A stretch of 32,000 nt of DNA from Synechococcus elongatus PCC 6301 (GTDB lineage: Bacteria; Cyanobacteriota; Cyanobacteriia; Synechococcales; Synechococcaceae). The notes below the pieces were generated by a model that did not search any database, was not told where the DNA came from, and saw only the letters and a list, made by a program, of their open reading frames with translations. Shown one piece after another: positions 9,251-17,492 of the stretch; the stretch's first letter is position 1, and each line of letters opens with the position of its first letter. The stretch spans positions 2,460,001-2,492,000 of the forward strand of contig NC_006576.1 of assembly GCF_000010065.1 (NCBI RefSeq). The letters are read 5' to 3'. A program made the position numbers and the translations under genes.

Positions 9251-9274
9251 CGGCAGCTGTGAGGCTGCCGTTTC
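9251..9274 (+). terminator. Putative weak intrinsic terminator or attenuator between thrC and the carrier gene
   Basis: CGGCAGC (9251-9257) pairs with GCTGCCG (9264-9270) around a 6-nt loop, followed by TTTC. The U-tract is short. Confidence 0.4.
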
Positions 9275-9307
9275 GCTGAGTTCCCTTCTTTGACTTCTGC
9301 AAGTTCC

Positions 9308-9583
9308 ATGGCCATTACTGTTCTGATCCCCACCCCCCTGCAAAAATTCACCAACAACCAAGCCAGCTTGGAATGTGAAGCAAGCGATGTGAAATCCTTG
9401 CTAGAGGCGCTGGAACAATCCTTCCCGGGGATTAAAGCGCGTCTGTGCGATGAGCAGGGCCAGTTGCGCCGCTTTTTGAACGTCTACGTCAACAGCGAAG
9501 ATATTCGCTTCCTCGATGGCATTCAAACCAGCTTGGGCAACGGTGACGAAGTCAGCATTGTGCCGGCAGTCGCTGGCGGCTGA
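9308..9583 (+). CDS. CysO/MoaD/ThiS-family ubiquitin-like sulfur-carrier protein with a free C-terminal Gly-Gly
   Basis: 91 aa from ATG 9308; the track ORF starts at an upstream TTG at 9290. [14 protein letters not shown]...[16 protein letters not shown]...[13 protein letters not shown]-stop resembles M. tuberculosis CysO (...ILPAVAGG) end to end. Confidence 0.85.
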   Translation: MAITVLIPTPLQKFTNNQASLECEASDVKSLLEALEQSFPGIKARLCDEQGQLRRFLNVYVNSEDIRFLDGIQTSLGNGDEVSIVPAVAGG

Positions 9584-9625
9584 GATTACCAGCGCCACGT
9601 CATTTGATTGATTTGAATAACAAGA

Positions 9626-9651
9626 GGGGGCTTTTAAGCCCCTTTCTTTTT
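9626..9651. terminator. Bidirectional intrinsic terminator shared by the carrier gene (+) and mutL (-)
   Basis: GGGGCTT/AAGCCCC forms a hairpin (GGGGCTTTTAAGCCCC). It is flanked by an A-rich run upstream (AATAACAAGA) and TTTCTTTTT downstream. It lies between convergent gene ends at 9583 and 9666. Confidence 0.6.
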
Positions 9652-9665
9652 GCGGGTTGTTTGAA

Positions 9666-11291
9666 TTAGGGATCGCCCAAACCGTGGCTTCGGCCAATCA
9701 TCCACTGGCGACGGAAGTAACGCGCCAGACTGGTTTCCGGTAGCACCAGCGCGATCGGACGTCCATGGGGACAGGTGCGAGGTTGGCGACAGTGCTGCCA
9801 GCGATCGATCAAGGTTTGCTGCTCCTCAGGATAGAGCAGCGTGCCATTGCGGATCGCCGTTCGGCAGGCGATCGCGGCTTGTGCTGCGCTGAGATCCCAA
9901 CCACGACTGAGTTCTAGCAGTGCCTCGACGAGATCCTCACGCTGGGCTAGCGCTGCGGGAATGTGCCGGATCGCCCAAAGATCCTCGCCAAAATCTTCGG
10001 CAGTAATCCCCAAACGATCAAGTTGGAGCCTTTGCTCTAGCGACAGTTTGGATAACAGGATTGGCTGCTGACAAGCCACCAATTGCCAGTCGTCTTGCAA
10101 CTGTTCAAACAGAACACGCTCGTGGGCAATATGCTGCTCAATTAGCCAAAGACTATCGCCCTGTTCCGCCAATACATAGGTATTGAGAACTTGAGCGATC
10201 GCCCGCAGGTGACTCGGAGACTCGCTATAGCTACCTGTTGTTTCTGCAACTCGAAGTAAGGCTGTACTGGCGGGCAACTCAATTTCTTCTGCGGGATCGA
10301 GGGGTAGGGTTTGGGCGATCGCCTCTTGAATACGCTCACACCAGACTGGCAAATCCTGTAGGAATAACTCAGCCTTAGCCGGATGGCGGTGCCAATCGAC
10401 TTGGCTGGGCGGCACTTGCAAATGCGCAAAGACAACCGGGAAGCGATCGCGGGGCAGGCTGCGATGTAACGCACCGATCATCGCTTGCTCCAGTTCCGAC
10501 ACCCGCACCACACGACCATTGACCGCAACCTTGACCCAATCGGGACGGCGACGGTGACAGCGATCGGGCAAGCCAACGACGACTTGCAATTGCCCTTCAG
10601 AACCAAGATCGAGAGACTGCGATCGCCAATCAGCAGGACTAGTATTGGGCAGTAATTGCAATAGTCGCTCTTGAGGATGATGAACAGGCGCAAACGCGAG
10701 CCAGGGTCGATCGTTCTGTGTGACTTGAACCGTGATGCTCGGGTGCGCCAAGACCAGATTTTGAATCTGCTGCTGCACCGCTCGCAGTTGTTGGGCCGGA
10801 CTCGGCTGACTCTGACGACGCTCTAGCCAATCCTGAAAAAGCTGCTGGACTTCGACAATGCAACCCGGTGCGATCGCGATCGGGGTTGCAACTTGAGGCT
10901 GACCGCCGATGTCGTAACTGATTTGCCAACCTGCTGCAGCATCTGCCGTGCGACTGGCAATCGTCAGGCGACCCAGCCGCGCTAGGCTGTGCAGCGCTTC
11001 GCCGCGGAAGCCCAACTGTTCCGCCGTAAAGCGATCGGGGCTGAGCTTGCTGCTGGTATGAGCCAGGGCTGCGAGTTGCAGATTCTCGAGGGAAAGACCC
11101 ATGCCATCGTCAGCTACGCGGACCCGCCATTGCTCGGGCCAGAGGTCAATCACAAGCCGCTGCGTGCCCGCATCTAAACTGTTTTCACAAAGTTCTCGGA
11201 CAACCGCAGCCAGCGAATCGATAACTTCTCCTGCAGCCATGCGAGCGACCCAAGGCGCGGGCAGCGGTTGAATTGTGGGAGCGATCGCCAT
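9666..11291 (-). CDS. mutL: DNA mismatch repair protein MutL (endonuclease-type)
   Basis: 541 aa. The N-terminal GHKL ATPase is present (VARMAAGEVIDSLAAVVRELCENSLDAG, VADDGMGL, GFRGEAL). The C-terminal endonuclease motif is EQHIAHERVLFE, a variant of DQHAxxExxxxE, with CPHGRP. Confidence 0.95.
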   Translation of the reverse strand: MAIAPTIQPLPAPWVARMAAGEVIDSLAAVVRELCENSLDAGTQRLVIDLWPEQWRVRVADDGMGLSLENLQLAALAHTSSKLSPDRFTAEQLGFRGEALHSLARLGRLTIASRTADAAAGWQISYDIGGQPQVATPIAIAPGCIVEVQQLFQDWLERRQSQPSPAQQLRAVQQQIQNLVLAHPSITVQVTQNDRPWLAFAPVHHPQERLLQLLPNTSPADWRSQSLDLGSEGQLQVVVGLPDRCHRRRPDWVKVAVNGRVVRVSELEQAMIGALHRSLPRDRFPVVFAHLQVPPSQVDWHRHPAKAELFLQDLPVWCERIQEAIAQTLPLDPAEEIELPASTALLRVAETTGSYSESPSHLRAIAQVLNTYVLAEQGDSLWLIEQHIAHERVLFEQLQDDWQLVACQQPILLSKLSLEQRLQLDRLGITAEDFGEDLWAIRHIPAALAQREDLVEALLELSRGWDLSAAQAAIACRTAIRNGTLLYPEEQQTLIDRWQHCRQPRTCPHGRPIALVLPETSLARYFRRQWMIGRSHGLGDP

Positions 11292-11364
11292 AGGAGCAGC
11301 TTGGCATAAAGCCAGCGATCACCAAGCTCAAATGCAGGAGATTGGCTGTCCCTGCAGACTGGGC

Positions 11365-13110
11365 TCAGCGTTTAGTAGCTCGCTTTGGCTTGTTGGTGTT
11401 TGGTTTTGCGGTGCTCGCTGGGCCAGAAGCTTCCGCCTGTTTCAGCAGGGAATCGGCAAAGCTGATCGCTTCCTCAGCAGAATTGCCGCCAGCCAGTTCC
11501 GCAAGTTCTTGCCGCCGCTGATCGCGATCGCGCAAGGCTTCCAGCTCCACATGGGTGCGATCGCCGCTGACCTGTTTGCGGACGCGATAGTGATGGTCAG
11601 CCAAGGCCGCAATCAGGGGTTGGTGGGTGACGCAGAGCACCTGATGGCGACGACCAAGTTGCTGCAGTTTTTCCGCAATCGCTTGGGAAACACGTCCCGA
11701 GACACCTGCATCAATTTCATCAAAGACTAAGGTTCCTACAGGATCCGCTTCTGAGAAGCAGAGCTTCAGCGCTAGCAAAAAGCGACTCATCTCACCACCG
11801 GAAGCCGTTTCACTCAGGGGTTGCAACGGTTCGCCCGGATTGGGACTAAAGCGAAAACAAACCTGCTCTGCTCCCGTTGGCCCCGGCTCCGATAAGGGCT
11901 GTAACTCCACCTGAAACCGAACCCGTTCCATCGCCAGTGGTGCGAGTTCAGCGATGAGCTTCTGCTCAAGGGTTTGGGCAGTTGCCTGTCGCAAGGCAGT
12001 CAGACAGGCACTTTCTTCAATCAGGGTTTGCTGTCGCTGCGCTAGCTCAGCCTCCCAATACTCCAGGCTTTGATTCTCATCGTTGTCGTCGGCAAGGCGC
12101 TGCTGCAGTTCCTGTTGATAGGCGATCGCATCCTTCAGCTCCGGGCCGTATTTGCGACAGAGTTGCTTAAGTAATTGAATGCGATCGCCAACGGCGGCCA
12201 AGCGATCGGGATCACTCTCTAAGCCTTCGCCGTAACGGTAAAGCTGGCGACTGACTTCTTGAACTTGGGCGATCGCCTCTTGCAGCAGTTGCAACCAAGG
12301 CTGCAGGCTCGGGTCAAAGACGACCATCTGGGTTAGCCCTTGCTCCGCTTCGCCCAGACGATCGCAGGCGGAACCGGCTTCCTCGCTTTGATCAAGCGCT
12401 TGATAAACGCGATAGCTCTGTTGCTGGAGTTCTGCGACGTGGGCTAGGCGATCGCGCTCTTGGCTGAGTTGCGTCAGCTCTTCGGGGTCAGAGAGTTCCG
12501 CCTGGGTCAGTTCCTCGAGCTGAAAGCGATCGAGGTCTTGCTGACGGAGGCGATCGCGATCGCTTTGGCGACGAGTTTCGAGGGTTTGCGCAGCTTCTCG
12601 ATAGGCAGCGTAGGCCAGAGCAACTCCTTGCCGCTGTTTCGCTAGGGATTCTCCGCCAAAACTATCGAGCCAGTCCCGTTGCTGCGCGGTTTGCCCCAGC
12701 GCGACGGTCTGCCCCTGCGCTGTAATTTCAACAAGGTGTCGCCGCAATTCTGCCAATTGCTGACGGTTGACCAAAACGCCATTGACTCGCGATCGGCTGC
12801 GTAAGCCATTGCTGCTCTGCACCAGTTCCCGACTGCAAATCAGGCTGTCTTCGATCGCCTCGATTGCCTGCTCCTGTAACCAAGTCGCCAGATCCGGCGA
12901 AAGGGCAAAGGTCGCCTCCAGTAGGGCGCGATCGCAACCACTGCGGATCGGTCGTCCGCCGGGCTTGCCGCCCAACACACAATCAATCGCATCCAGCAGA
13001 ATTGATTTGCCCGCCCCGGTCTCGCCGGTCAGGACGTGCAAACCTTGTCCCAGCTCAAGCTCTAGCTGGTCAATTAAGGCAAAATTTTCGATGCGTAGCG
13101 ACTGCAACAT
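11365..13110 (-). CDS. recN: DNA repair protein RecN
   Basis: I start it at ATG 13110 (MLQSLRIENFALIDQLELELG...), the canonical RecN N-terminus. The track ORF extends to 13197. Walker A is GETGAGKS. There is a long coiled-coil middle. The SMC signature is SGGEMSRFLLALK and Walker B is LVFDEIDAG. Confidence 0.93.
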   Translation of the reverse strand: MLQSLRIENFALIDQLELELGQGLHVLTGETGAGKSILLDAIDCVLGGKPGGRPIRSGCDRALLEATFALSPDLATWLQEQAIEAIEDSLICSRELVQSSNGLRSRSRVNGVLVNRQQLAELRRHLVEITAQGQTVALGQTAQQRDWLDSFGGESLAKQRQGVALAYAAYREAAQTLETRRQSDRDRLRQQDLDRFQLEELTQAELSDPEELTQLSQERDRLAHVAELQQQSYRVYQALDQSEEAGSACDRLGEAEQGLTQMVVFDPSLQPWLQLLQEAIAQVQEVSRQLYRYGEGLESDPDRLAAVGDRIQLLKQLCRKYGPELKDAIAYQQELQQRLADDNDENQSLEYWEAELAQRQQTLIEESACLTALRQATAQTLEQKLIAELAPLAMERVRFQVELQPLSEPGPTGAEQVCFRFSPNPGEPLQPLSETASGGEMSRFLLALKLCFSEADPVGTLVFDEIDAGVSGRVSQAIAEKLQQLGRRHQVLCVTHQPLIAALADHHYRVRKQVSGDRTHVELEALRDRDQRRQELAELAGGNSAEEAISFADSLLKQAEASGPASTAKPNTNKPKRATKR

Positions 13111-13181
13111 GGCTTGCTCTCGCCCCGTCATGGGACTGCCATCGTTACAATACTTCAAGTCTTCTGCGTCCGGTGATTGCC

Positions 13182-15041
13182 ATGCATGGGGTTCCAATTG
13201 CCCGCCGTCTGATGACAGAAGACGGCAGTCTGGTCTACGACCCAGAGGCGATCGCTCGCTATTATCTCAATCGGCCCTTTGCTGTCTGGAGCCGCTTCCT
13301 CGAAATTCTTTGGCCGCTGTTCAGCTTCATTTTCGGGCTTTGGTTCGATGCTCGCACCGGCGCGTCCCGCCGCAATCAGAACCAACGGGCAGTGCAACTG
13401 CGCGACCTGCTGACGGAACTCGGCCCTGCCTTCATCAAAGTCGGTCAGGCTCTCTCGACCCGTCCTGATCTGGTGCCACCGGCTTACTTAGAAGAACTGA
13501 CGCGCCTGCAAGATCAGCTACCGGCTTTCCCCAACGCGATCGCCTTTGAATTCATTGAGGCGGAACTGGGTGTTCCTCCTGAGGCGATTTTTGCTGAGCT
13601 GAGTGACAATCCCGTCTCGGCCGCCAGTCTGGGGCAGGTCTATCGAGGGCGTCTGCATACCGGCGAAGAAGTGGCCGTCAAAGTCCAACGCCCGGGCCTC
13701 GCAGAGCGCATTGCCCTCGATCTCTACATCCTGCGCGGCCTAGCTGCTTGGGCGATGCGCAATGTCCGCCGCGTCAAAAGTAATCTGGTGGCGATCGCGG
13801 ACGAATTTGGCCTGCGGATTTTCGAAGAGCTGGACTATCGCCAAGAAGCGGACAACGCCGAACGCTTTGCCGAACTTTATGGGCAGCTTCCCGATATCTA
13901 CGTTCCCAGCATCTATCGCCAATACACCAGTCGTCGTGTCCTGACGATGGAGTGGATCCAAGGCACGAAGCTGACAGAACTTCAGGCGATCCGCAACCAA
14001 GGTATTGATCCGGCCTATCTGATTGAGCGAGGCGTGCAGTGCTCGCTGCGGCAGCTCTTGGAATATGGCTTTTTCCACGCCGATCCCCATCCGGGCAACC
14101 TCCTAGCCACTCCGGATGGTCAGTTGGCCTATCTCGATTTCGGCATGATGAGCCAAGTCGAGGACTATCAGCGCTACGGCCTAATTGAAGCAGTTGTTCA
14201 CCTCGTCAACCGCGACTTCCAAGGCTTGGCGCGCGACTACGTCAAGCTGGAGTTCCTGACGCCCGATACGGATTTGACGCCGATTATTCCGGCCTTGGCG
14301 GGCGTCTTCAAAGATGCGATGGGTGCGAGCGTTGCTGACTTGAACTTCAAGAGCATCACCGATCAGCTCTCGCAGGTGATGTACGACTACCCGTTCCGGG
14401 TTCCTGCCTACTATGCGCTGATCATTCGATCGCTCGTCACCTTAGAGGGCATTGCCATTAACGTCGATCCCAATTTCAAGGTGCTCAGCAAGGCTTACCC
14501 GTTCATTGCTCGTCAAATCCTGACGGATCCCTCTCCCGATCTGCGGGCATCCCTGCGGGAATTGCTCTTTAACGGTGGACAGCTGCGTTGGAATCGCCTA
14601 GAAAACCTACTTCGCAATGCCAGCAATAGCTCGGACTACGACAGCGAACATCTGATTCAACAAACGGTGGATTTTCTGCTCAGCGAATCCGGTCAAGACC
14701 TTCGCGATCGCCTCGTAGAAGAACTGGTCAATAGCCTCGATCGCCTCGGTCGAGGAGCCTTGCCCTTGCTCCGCAATCAAATCCGGCAGCGGTTGGGCAT
14801 GGATCCTGAACCCGACAGTACCTTGACCGATCTGCAGCCGCTACTGCGCGTTCTTTCGCTCTTGCAACAGGGACAACGCTTTGAGCCTCAGCGCTTTATC
14901 CCGCTGATTCCGGTGCTCGGTCGTCCTGAAGTCCAGCAGATGGGCCAGCAAGTGGTGACGGGTCTGGCTCAGAAAGCGCTGGTTCGCTTCATCCGCGAAG
15001 TAGTCGTAGGCGATCGCCGCAATAATGCGATCGCAGCTTAG
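13182..15041 (+). CDS. ABC1/UbiB (AarF-domain) atypical kinase family protein
   Basis: I start it at ATG 13182; the alternative is 13212. The track ORF's 106-codon upstream extension is antisense to recN. Family motifs are GPAFIKVGQALSTRPDLVP, PVSAASLGQVYRG, EVAVKVQRPG, FHADPHPGNL and LDFGMM. Confidence 0.9.
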   Translation: MHGVPIARRLMTEDGSLVYDPEAIARYYLNRPFAVWSRFLEILWPLFSFIFGLWFDARTGASRRNQNQRAVQLRDLLTELGPAFIKVGQALSTRPDLVPPAYLEELTRLQDQLPAFPNAIAFEFIEAELGVPPEAIFAELSDNPVSAASLGQVYRGRLHTGEEVAVKVQRPGLAERIALDLYILRGLAAWAMRNVRRVKSNLVAIADEFGLRIFEELDYRQEADNAERFAELYGQLPDIYVPSIYRQYTSRRVLTMEWIQGTKLTELQAIRNQGIDPAYLIERGVQCSLRQLLEYGFFHADPHPGNLLATPDGQLAYLDFGMMSQVEDYQRYGLIEAVVHLVNRDFQGLARDYVKLEFLTPDTDLTPIIPALAGVFKDAMGASVADLNFKSITDQLSQVMYDYPFRVPAYYALIIRSLVTLEGIAINVDPNFKVLSKAYPFIARQILTDPSPDLRASLRELLFNGGQLRWNRLENLLRNASNSSDYDSEHLIQQTVDFLLSESGQDLRDRLVEELVNSLDRLGRGALPLLRNQIRQRLGMDPEPDSTLTDLQPLLRVLSLLQQGQRFEPQRFIPLIPVLGRPEVQQMGQQVVTGLAQKALVRFIREVVVGDRRNNAIAA

Positions 15042-15052
15042 AGCGATCGCTC

Positions 15053-16006
15053 TCAATTGATTCGCTCTAGCCAATGTTTGAGGGCTTTATCTGTGAGATC
15101 TGAGAGATTTTCTTGAAGCCCTGGAGCCTTGGCAAAACGGTAGGAGCCCATTCCCCAATTCACACTGAGCTTAAAACCAGAGCTACAAGGCCCCCAATAA
15201 CCAGCAGTGATCCAGTTGGTCCAGTAGCGAATCCGTCGCACTTGCCCTGAGAAGTAGCGGCGATCAGACAACCAGAGAAAAATACAAAATTCACCCGCAG
15301 GATCGATCCGTAACTCTGCTAAATATTTCTTGCCTTTGCCATAGTAGATACCGCGATCTTGTGCTGTTTCTTGAATGCGCGGATCAAATTTCAGGATCTT
15401 GGCACGGAGCTTGAGAAGACCGGCTGATTGCTCTGGCGTGCAGCGTTTAATCCAGTTCTGCATCAAGCGTGGTGGCTCCGGTAAATCCTCTGAATGGCTA
15501 GGGAGCTGCAAGACTGGAATTTCTTGATGGCGCTGTTCTTGCGTCTCGAGGTTGAGCAAAGTCAAATAGTGTTTTTGGCGATGCTTCCGAATTTGATACT
15601 GATACAGCTCGAAAGAGAGCTGGCTGTAGCGAATATCCGTGAAGTTGTCAGCGTGATAACTGGGCGCGATCGCAAGCAATCGAATCGATCGCTGATAGTC
15701 AACCTGATCCGCAAAGGGCTGTTCTCGTTGCAACGCATCAAAATAACGAGTCAGTTGCGGAATCAAGTAGCGATCTTCAGCAACTTTGAGCTCAACAACT
15801 GTCAGCCGCTGTTGGCTGACTGCCAAAATATCGCAGCATTGATTACTAACTCGGAACTGGCGCTGCAGCGGTTGGCAATCAAGCAAGTGAGGCAAACAAG
15901 CCCAGATCAGCAACTCCAGCTCGCCTTCATTGGCAAACTTCCATTCGGCTCCAGACTGAGTGAGCTGAATTCCTTGCAATGTTTGAGCGATCGTTTTAGC
16001 CGCCAT
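15053..16006 (-). CDS. NucS/DUF91-like PD-(D/E)xK nuclease domain fused to an unrecognised ~190-aa C-terminal region; hypothetical
   Basis: 317 aa. The N-terminal ~125 aa carry E27/E29/E31 ... D59(ILAV) ... V-V-E72-L-K74 ... Q84-LTR-Y88 ... IRLLAIAPSY. This is the D...ExK...QxxxY order of NucS/RecB-type nucleases. I could not assign the C-terminal part (GIYYGKGKKYLAELRIDPAGEFCIFLWL...). Sampled GC is about 43-52%, below its neighbours. Confidence 0.65.
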   Translation of the reverse strand: MAAKTIAQTLQGIQLTQSGAEWKFANEGELELLIWACLPHLLDCQPLQRQFRVSNQCCDILAVSQQRLTVVELKVAEDRYLIPQLTRYFDALQREQPFADQVDYQRSIRLLAIAPSYHADNFTDIRYSQLSFELYQYQIRKHRQKHYLTLLNLETQEQRHQEIPVLQLPSHSEDLPEPPRLMQNWIKRCTPEQSAGLLKLRAKILKFDPRIQETAQDRGIYYGKGKKYLAELRIDPAGEFCIFLWLSDRRYFSGQVRRIRYWTNWITAGYWGPCSSGFKLSVNWGMGSYRFAKAPGLQENLSDLTDKALKHWLERIN

Positions 16007-16051
16007 GACTGTGAGTTAAAGGTGCGATCGCTCCTTCAGTAGCTGATTCGC

Positions 16052-16309
16052 TCAGGACTTCTTCTCAGCGACTGCTAACAGTACCAAGATGCTATTGAGG
16101 AAGCCTTCAACTTCGCCTTGATAAGCGCCCAACGCACGCGATCGCTCTGCCGCAACTAATTCTGTAAGCAGGCGTAACCCTTGGCCTTGTTGCCAACGTA
16201 ACAGAGCATCTTCGTCACCATTTGAGACGGCGTTGATCAGGGCTGCGTATTCTTGTGCAGCGGCACCAGCACGAATCCAACTGGGGCTAAAGCGACTGAG
16301 AGAAGACAT
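16052..16309 (-). CDS. Small hypothetical protein (85 aa, predicted helical)
   Basis: An intact ORF with ATG, lying 45 nt upstream of and co-directional with the nuclease-like gene. Its GC3-rich codon pattern resembles neighbouring genes. I recognise no family. Confidence 0.5.
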   Translation of the reverse strand: MSSLSRFSPSWIRAGAAAQEYAALINAVSNGDEDALLRWQQGQGLRLLTELVAAERSRALGAYQGEVEGFLNSILVLLAVAEKKS

Positions 16310-16400
16310 GATGATTCCTGTGCTTCTTTCTAGTGTCGACGATCGCCCTCTGCAGATTTACATTTCGCAGAAAAAGCAGCTTAAATCAGAAACTTAGCTT

Positions 16401-17366
16401 TTAAGTACCGCTGCTCTGGGCTTCGAAGCGTTCATAGGCCTCAACAATGCGCTGCACTAAGGGATGGCGCACCACGTCCTGCCGACCGAGCTTACAGAAA
16501 GCAATACCTTCAACATTGCTCAAAATCCGTTCTGCCATGACCAGTCCCGAGGGGACCGAGGATGGCAAATCCGTTTGGCTGGGATCGCCTGTCACTACCA
16601 GCTTGGAGCCAAAGCCAATCCGCGTCAGCATCATCTTCATCTGAGCCGGTGTCGTGTTTTGGGCTTCATCCAAAATCACAAAGGCACGGTTGAGGGTGCG
16701 ACCCCGCATGTAGGCTAGCGGCGCAACTTCAATCACCCCACGTTCCATCAGTGCCGAAATCCGCTCCGGCTCTACTAATTCATGAAGCGCATCGTAGAGC
16801 GGCCGCAGATAAGGATCAATTTTCTGTTGCAAATCACCGGGGAGAAAACCCAGCCGTTCGCCCGCTTCCACAGCAGGCCGTGTCAGAATCAGCCGCTCAC
16901 ATTGGTTTTCCAGCAGCGACTGCACCGCGACAACAGCCGCTAGAAAGGTCTTGCCGGTACCAGCAGGCCCAAGACCAAAGGTCAGCGTCTCCTTACGCAT
17001 CGCTTGGATGTAGCGTTGCTGGCGAAAGGTGCGCGCCCGAATGACTTCGCCCCGACGGGTCCGCGCCAGCACGTCTTCCCGCATCGCCAACAGTTCTGGC
17101 TGACGCTGGGTATCGATCGCCTGTCGTGCCGTCAAAATATCGACTTCCGCGATCGCGCGCCCCTCAGACCAGAGAGCTTCCAAAGCAGCGACTATCTGCC
17201 CACAGAGCCGAATCTGAGTTTCGGTGCCCCGCAGCACCAATTCCTGACCCCGCAAAACGACATCTGCTCCCGTTTGGCGAGCGAGCAATTTGAGATTGGC
17301 TTGCCCTTCGCCACTCAGGGCGATCGCACTTTCCAAGCTCGGTAAAAAAATAGAGGTTGACTCCAT
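16401..17366 (-). CDS. phoH: PhoH-like ATPase (PhoH family, with N-terminal KH-like extension)
   Basis: 321 aa. Walker A is GPAGTGKTFLA. Other motifs are LILTRPAVEAGE(R)LGFLPGD, FVILDEAQNTT, KLVVTGDPSQTDLP and VVRHPLV. Confidence 0.93.
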   Translation of the reverse strand: MESTSIFLPSLESAIALSGEGQANLKLLARQTGADVVLRGQELVLRGTETQIRLCGQIVAALEALWSEGRAIAEVDILTARQAIDTQRQPELLAMREDVLARTRRGEVIRARTFRQQRYIQAMRKETLTFGLGPAGTGKTFLAAVVAVQSLLENQCERLILTRPAVEAGERLGFLPGDLQQKIDPYLRPLYDALHELVEPERISALMERGVIEVAPLAYMRGRTLNRAFVILDEAQNTTPAQMKMMLTRIGFGSKLVVTGDPSQTDLPSSVPSGLVMAERILSNVEGIAFCKLGRQDVVRHPLVQRIVEAYERFEAQSSGT

Positions 17367-17492
17367 TCAGAGCCCACCTCTCAGACAATGGGCGATCGCA
17401 CGCACAGAGTGCATCTCAACCCTCAATTGAAATTTCAAAATTTTTGCGACGGATGCCGATTCCTATAGCGGTAGCGGCACCCCAGCTAGCAA

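Noticed and set aside
12864-13181. The 106-codon N-terminal extension of track ORF 12864..15041, overlapping recN on the opposite strand.
   Set aside because: The extension is Arg/Pro/Ser-rich shadow sequence antisense to recN. The ABC1-kinase homology only begins after ATG 13182/13212.
13111-13181. A possible LexA/SOS box or NtcA site in the recN/ABC1-kinase divergent spacer (AGTATTGTAACGATGG on the minus strand; TACAAT at 13146-13151 on the plus strand).
   Set aside because: It matches neither the cyanobacterial LexA consensus (AGTACWNWTGTACT-like) nor GTA-N8-TAC. TACAAT may be a -10 box, but I found no -35 partner.
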